Shown here: positions 35,269 through 38,876 of the stretch, piece by piece | How the letters are laid out: each line of letters opens with the position of its first letter | Position numbering within the stretch: position 1 is the stretch's first letter | IMG/VR virus record: IMGVR_UViG_2526164597_000012 | Source: a virus | Taxonomy: Duplodnaviria; Heunggongvirae; Uroviricota; Caudoviricetes | DNA length: 38,876 nt | Strand: one strand, 5' to 3' | Translations under genes and position numbers: made by a program | Notes under the pieces: generated by a model | Databases searched by the model: none | Seen by the model: only the letters and a program-made list of their open reading frames with translations | What the model was told of the DNA's origin: nothing

Positions 35269-35537
35269 TTACCCCACAGGAAGCACGACAGCGCACCCGA
35301 ACTCTTGTTGAACACTATGTCAACGAGTGTGAATGCCGCGACCTCACCGATGTGAAGCACGTCCTGACGGCGCTAATCAGCATGGTCACACAGGCCATTG
35401 TGGCGACCAACGGAAAGGAGGCTGCCCTGCAGGTACTGATGAACACACTCACCCACACGGCAGAGCATGAGGTGCCGTACCGGATGGAAACCACTGCAGA
35501 AGGCGGCCTGCACATCACCGTCAGCCGGAAGCACTGA
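35265..35537 (+). CDS. Hypothetical protein
   Basis: 90 aa, coupled to neighbours. Confidence 0.4.
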   Translation: MITPQEARQRTRTLVEHYVNECECRDLTDVKHVLTALISMVTQAIVATNGKEAALQVLMNTLTHTAEHEVPYRMETTAEGGLHITVSRKH

Positions 35538-35546
35538 GGGCGCGGC

Positions 35547-35843
35547 ATGACACGAAACACCGAACTCACCCGCACCGCCCTCTACCGTCTGGCCCTGCAG
35601 CGTTTCGGGCCGGACGCACAGGCCCTGAAACTGGCAGAAGAGGCCGCTGAACTGGCGGCCAGTGCCGCCCGCAACCTGAACGGACAGGGCAGCGAAAGTG
35701 ACCTCGCGGCAGAGCTGGCAGACGTGGAAATCATGACAGAGCAACTGCGCCTTCAGGGGATGGACCGGCTGATTGACTTCCACAAACAGAAAAAACTGGA
35801 ACGTCTGGCTGCACGACTGGGCGTGATTTACACGAACGAGTAA
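35547..35843 (+). CDS. MazG-like nucleotide pyrophosphohydrolase domain protein
   Basis: 98 aa; ..LAEEAAELAASAAR.. and ..DLAAELADVEIMTEQL.. resemble the EExxE / D-containing helices of small MazG-type proteins. Confidence 0.5.
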   Translation: MTRNTELTRTALYRLALQRFGPDAQALKLAEEAAELAASAARNLNGQGSESDLAAELADVEIMTEQLRLQGMDRLIDFHKQKKLERLAARLGVIYTNE

Positions 35844-35857
35844 CCGGGAGGCATTCA

Positions 35858-36073
35858 ATGGCTGACATACTCAGGGAAATCACCGCATGGACACTGATTC
35901 TTACTGGCCTGGCGACATGCCTCAGTGCGGGGGCAGCCCTGGCTGCCCTGCTGATGCACATAACAACACAGTGGTTATGGGAAAAGCTTAAAGCAGCATA
36001 CAGCCTGAAAGAGCTGTCCGACGCTGTCCGGGCATGGAAACGGCAGAAAAATACCGGAGATACAGAACAATGA
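35858..36073 (+). CDS. Small membrane protein
   Basis: 71 aa with one TM segment (WTLILTGLATCLSAGAALAALLM). Confidence 0.4.
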   Translation: MADILREITAWTLILTGLATCLSAGAALAALLMHITTQWLWEKLKAAYSLKELSDAVRAWKRQKNTGDTEQ

Positions 36074-36753
36074 CAGACCAGAATAAACACATTGAGAAAC
36101 TGAAAAAGTTGCTGGCGCTGGCCGCATCCGGCAACCCGCACGAGGCCGCTCTGGCACTGCGCCGAGCCCGTAAACTGATGGATGTTCACGGCATCACACA
36201 TTCCGACATTGCTATGAGTGATATTGATGAAACCATCAGTCACTACTGGCCGACAGGCAGTCTCCGTCCACCGCGCTACATGCTGGGCCTGATGAACATC
36301 ATCCGCGAGGTATTTGGTGTTAACTCCATCATTCACCCCGGCACGCATCCGTCTGTGGGGTTCTACGGCAACCGGGAACGTGCGGCACTGGCTGCATACA
36401 CCTGGGAAGTGCTGGCCCGTCAGCTGAAAAAGGCGCGTCAGCAGTATATCAGTGCACAGAACAAAAGAATAAAAACCGCCACCCGCACCAGCCGTGGAGA
36501 CCAGTTTGCCGAAGGCTGGGTGCTGGCCGTTATCAGTGAAATACAGTCCTTTGCCCTGACCGATGATGAGCGTGAACTGATGCAGCAGTGGCTGGAACAT
36601 AAATACCCGCAGACGCAAACCACCAGGGCGCGTAAACCGGGAAGAAGCCGCAATGGCGACGCCTCGCGCTATGCGGGGTTTCGTGAAGGGCAGAACGTCA
36701 GACTGCACCGCCCGGTCAGTGGGCAGGAACAACAGAAACTGGAGGCCAGATGA
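36070..36753 (+). CDS. Conserved phage early protein (DUF2786-like N-terminus)
   Basis: Start at ATG 36070 overlapping upstream stop (ATGA); N-terminal ..KLKKLLALAASGNPHEAALALRRARKLM.. signature. Confidence 0.5.
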   Translation: MTDQNKHIEKLKKLLALAASGNPHEAALALRRARKLMDVHGITHSDIAMSDIDETISHYWPTGSLRPPRYMLGLMNIIREVFGVNSIIHPGTHPSVGFYGNRERAALAAYTWEVLARQLKKARQQYISAQNKRIKTATRTSRGDQFAEGWVLAVISEIQSFALTDDERELMQQWLEHKYPQTQTTRARKPGRSRNGDASRYAGFREGQNVRLHRPVSGQEQQKLEAR

Positions 36754-36980
36754 TTACGCTATCAGGTAAAAGCCGGAAATTAAAAGCCTGCCGAATATCT
36801 GCCAGATACCTTTTTGCCCGCGCCTTTTTTAAGAACGTCAGGCCGGGGATCACAATTGGTGTTATTGCCGGACGCGAACAGGTTGAAAAATACATGTCAG
36901 GTGCATGGTGGAATAACGACCCTGTCATTGCTGCCCGTAATATTCATATCGAATGGGGAGGTATTCAGAATGACTACTGA
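36750..36980 (+). CDS. Hypothetical protein
   Basis: 76 aa ORF. Confidence 0.35.
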   Translation: MITLSGKSRKLKACRISARYLFARAFFKNVRPGITIGVIAGREQVEKYMSGAWWNNDPVIAARNIHIEWGGIQNDY

Positions 36981-37176
36981 AACCATTGTCTGTTTTCTTT
37001 TCTGGTATATGTACGCAGGATCATGCAGCGCAAGACTTCATCGTTCCCTGGGCTATGGCAGGCACTACGACACCGCGCATTACATCCTGTACATGACCGC
37101 CGTCATGTTGTTCTGGCCAGTCACCCTGCCAGCTGCAACCGACATTGTTGCCGACAGACTGAAAAAAAGGAGATGA
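36970..37176 (+). CDS. Small membrane protein (68 aa)
   Basis: GGAGG RBS then ATG 36970; two hydrophobic segments. Confidence 0.4.
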   Translation: MTTETIVCFLFWYMYAGSCSARLHRSLGYGRHYDTAHYILYMTAVMLFWPVTLPAATDIVADRLKKRR

Positions 37177-37177
37177 T

Positions 37178-37627
37178 ATGCAGAAAAAACGCCTGATACA
37201 GCTTATCCATATTGCCCGTAATGAACTGGGTATGGATGAAGACACCTACCGCCAGATGTTACAGGGGCTGACCGGTAAAGCCTCAACCAAAGGAATGGAT
37301 ACCACACAACTAAACTGCGTGCTGGAATCCATGAAAAAGAAAGGCTTTCGCGTTAAACCAGCCAGAAAAGCCAGCTCCGGTTTACCGCTGGATAACCATC
37401 CGCAGTCCAGGAAAATTCGTGCGCTATGGCTTGAAATGGCTGCTGCCGGCATTGTTCGTGACCGTTCAGAAAATGCATTAGCGAGGTGGATCAAGCGGGA
37501 AACGGGCATCAGCGCCCTGCGCTGGCTCAGTACTGAACAGGCAAGCAGTGTTATTGAGAAACTGAAGAAGTGGCAGCGCAGAGCTGCGGGAGTCAAACAT
37601 GAGCGACCTGAATCAGTTTCGAAGTAA
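37178..37627 (+). CDS. gemA: GemA-like regulatory protein (Mu gp16 family)
   Basis: 149 aa; N-terminal ..KRLIQLIHIARNELGMDEDTYR.. resembles Mu GemA; located just upstream of mor. Confidence 0.65.
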   Translation: MQKKRLIQLIHIARNELGMDEDTYRQMLQGLTGKASTKGMDTTQLNCVLESMKKKGFRVKPARKASSGLPLDNHPQSRKIRALWLEMAAAGIVRDRSENALARWIKRETGISALRWLSTEQASSVIEKLKKWQRRAAGVKHERPESVSK

Positions 37628-37988
37628 GGGGCCGGAACTCCTGGTGGAACTGGCACAGCATACCTCTGAGACCGTTCGCGAGATTATTGATATTGAGCCC
37701 GAAGTTGCCGACCAGATTGGTCAGGCCGTCGCGAACCGAATGATGCAGGTCTGGGGCGGGCAAAACGTTTATTTCCCGATGGGCATGGTATGGAAGGTCA
37801 GTCAGCGCGACCGGGAAATCTTCAGGGAGTTTAACGGACGCAACCACCACGAACTGGCCCGCAAATTTGGTGTTTCGCTTCAGTGGGTCTACAGCGTGGT
37901 TAAGCGGGTAAGAAAAGAAGAACTGGATCGGATGCAGGGCAAGCTATTTGCTGATGAACCCGATGCAGATACGGAGAAAAAAGAGTAA
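37599..37988 (+). CDS. mor: Mor/C-family transcriptional activator (middle/late gene activator)
   Basis: 129 aa; C-terminal ..FNGRNHHELARKFGVSLQWVYSVVKRVRK.. matches Mor/C HTH region (Mu Mor ..FNGRNVSELTTRYGVTFNTVYKAIRRMRR.. as recalled). Confidence 0.8.
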   Translation: MSDLNQFRSKGPELLVELAQHTSETVREIIDIEPEVADQIGQAVANRMMQVWGGQNVYFPMGMVWKVSQRDREIFREFNGRNHHELARKFGVSLQWVYSVVKRVRKEELDRMQGKLFADEPDADTEKKE

Positions 37989-38017
37989 TATCTGCAATCA
38001 GGCTGGCGCGAGTTCTG

Positions 38018-38150
<133 letters not shown>

Positions 38151-38156
38151 CCAAAT
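38151..38156. repeat. Target-site duplication, right copy (CCAAAT)
   Basis: See left copy. Confidence 0.7.
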
Positions 38157-38365
38157 ACAAAAACATCGCGGGTGTTGAAGAAAAATTAACCTATACAGAT
38201 ACCTACGCGCAGGAAAACGTGACTATCGATATGGAAAAAGTGGATTTTAAAGCCCTGCAGGGTATTTCAGGAATCAACGTTTCTGCTGAAGATGCCAAAA
38301 AAGGTATCACTATGGCGCAAATGGAACTGGTGATGAAAGCCGCTGGTTTTAAAGAAGTGAAATAA
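38151..38365 (+). pseudogene. yehR: yehR 3' fragment (resumes in frame after the prophage)
   Basis: ..YKNIAGVEEKLTYTDTYAQENVTIDMEKVDFKALQGISGINVSAEDAKKGITMAQMELVMKAAGFKEVK*. Confidence 0.8.
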
Positions 38366-38405
38366 TCTGTCGGCGGCCATGTTTCGCATGGCCGCCATAC
38401 CCGTC

Positions 38406-38876
38406 TTAGCTTTTCTTCACATGCTGGCGCGCTGCCAGTCCACGCAGAAAATAACGTAAAAATTGATCGCCGCATTCGCGGAAGTTTTTATGATCCGGTG
38501 CGCGCATCATCGCTGTAATTTCCGGCATCGAAACGCGGAACTGCTGTTCGGTGAGGATAGCCAGAATGTCATCGGTTTTCAGCGAAAACGCGATGCGTAA
38601 TTTTTTCAGCACGATGTTGTTATTAATGCGACGTTCCGGCTCCAGTGCCGGAGCAGACTCATCCTTGCCGCGTTTTTCATAAATCAGGCCATTGAGGAAT
38701 GACGACAAAACAATGTCCGGACAACGCTGAAAACCCTCTTCGTCTTCTTTACGTAGCCAGACGGCGATCTGTTCCGCGGTGGCTTCGACATTACCCAGCG
38801 CCAGAATACGCACCAGGTCATTATTATTGGCTTTCAAAATGTAGCGCACGCTGCGCAGAATATCGTTACTTAGCAT
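38406..38876 (-). CDS. yehS: YehS (DUF1456 family) host protein
   Basis: 156 aa ORF, start ATG at the last 3 bases of the window; convergent with yehR as in the E. coli locus. Confidence 0.7.
   Translation of the reverse strand: MLSNDILRSVRYILKANNNDLVRILALGNVEATAEQIAVWLRKEDEEGFQRCPDIVLSSFLNGLIYEKRGKDESAPALEPERRINNNIVLKKLRIAFSLKTDDILAILTEQQFRVSMPEITAMMRAPDHKNFRECGDQFLRYFLRGLAARQHVKKS

Noticed and set aside
35731-36732. 333-aa minus-strand ORF across the early operon
   Set aside because: Overlaps four co-directional, translationally coupled plus-strand genes; judged a spurious antisense frame.

Overview
The window is an Escherichia-type chromosomal locus (yehQ 3' end, yehR, yehS) in which yehR is split by a ~37.1 kb Mu-like transposable prophage (approx. 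1074..38150). The element has TG...CA termini with repeated GATAAATG motifs and is flanked by a 6-bp direct duplication, CCAAAT. From left to right it carries: a gin-type serine invertase with a multi-cassette invertible tail-fibre region; a Mu-syntenic late operon on the minus strand (baseplate, tape measure, frameshifted chaperone, tube, sheath, capsid, protease/scaffold, portal, terminase, spanins, transglycosylase endolysin, holin-like protein); a small accessory island (P-loop protein, antisense ORF, small protein, orphan Dam-type methyltransferase); and a repressor/Ner-like switch followed by a plus-strand early operon (DDE transposase, AAA+ B-like ATPase, Gam, MazG-like, GemA, Mor) that runs to the right end. 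No tRNA, rRNA, CRISPR array or tyrosine integrase was seen. All family assignments come from reading the translated ORFs and from memory of the families; no database search was run. Coordinates derived by hand from the raw sequence may be off by 1-2 bp. The most notable items are the three-site tail-fibre inversion system with a single tfa gene, the uncharacterised accessory module next to the repressor, a motif shared by two late-operon leader regions, and the early arm being inverted relative to Mu with a non-MuA-like transposase.
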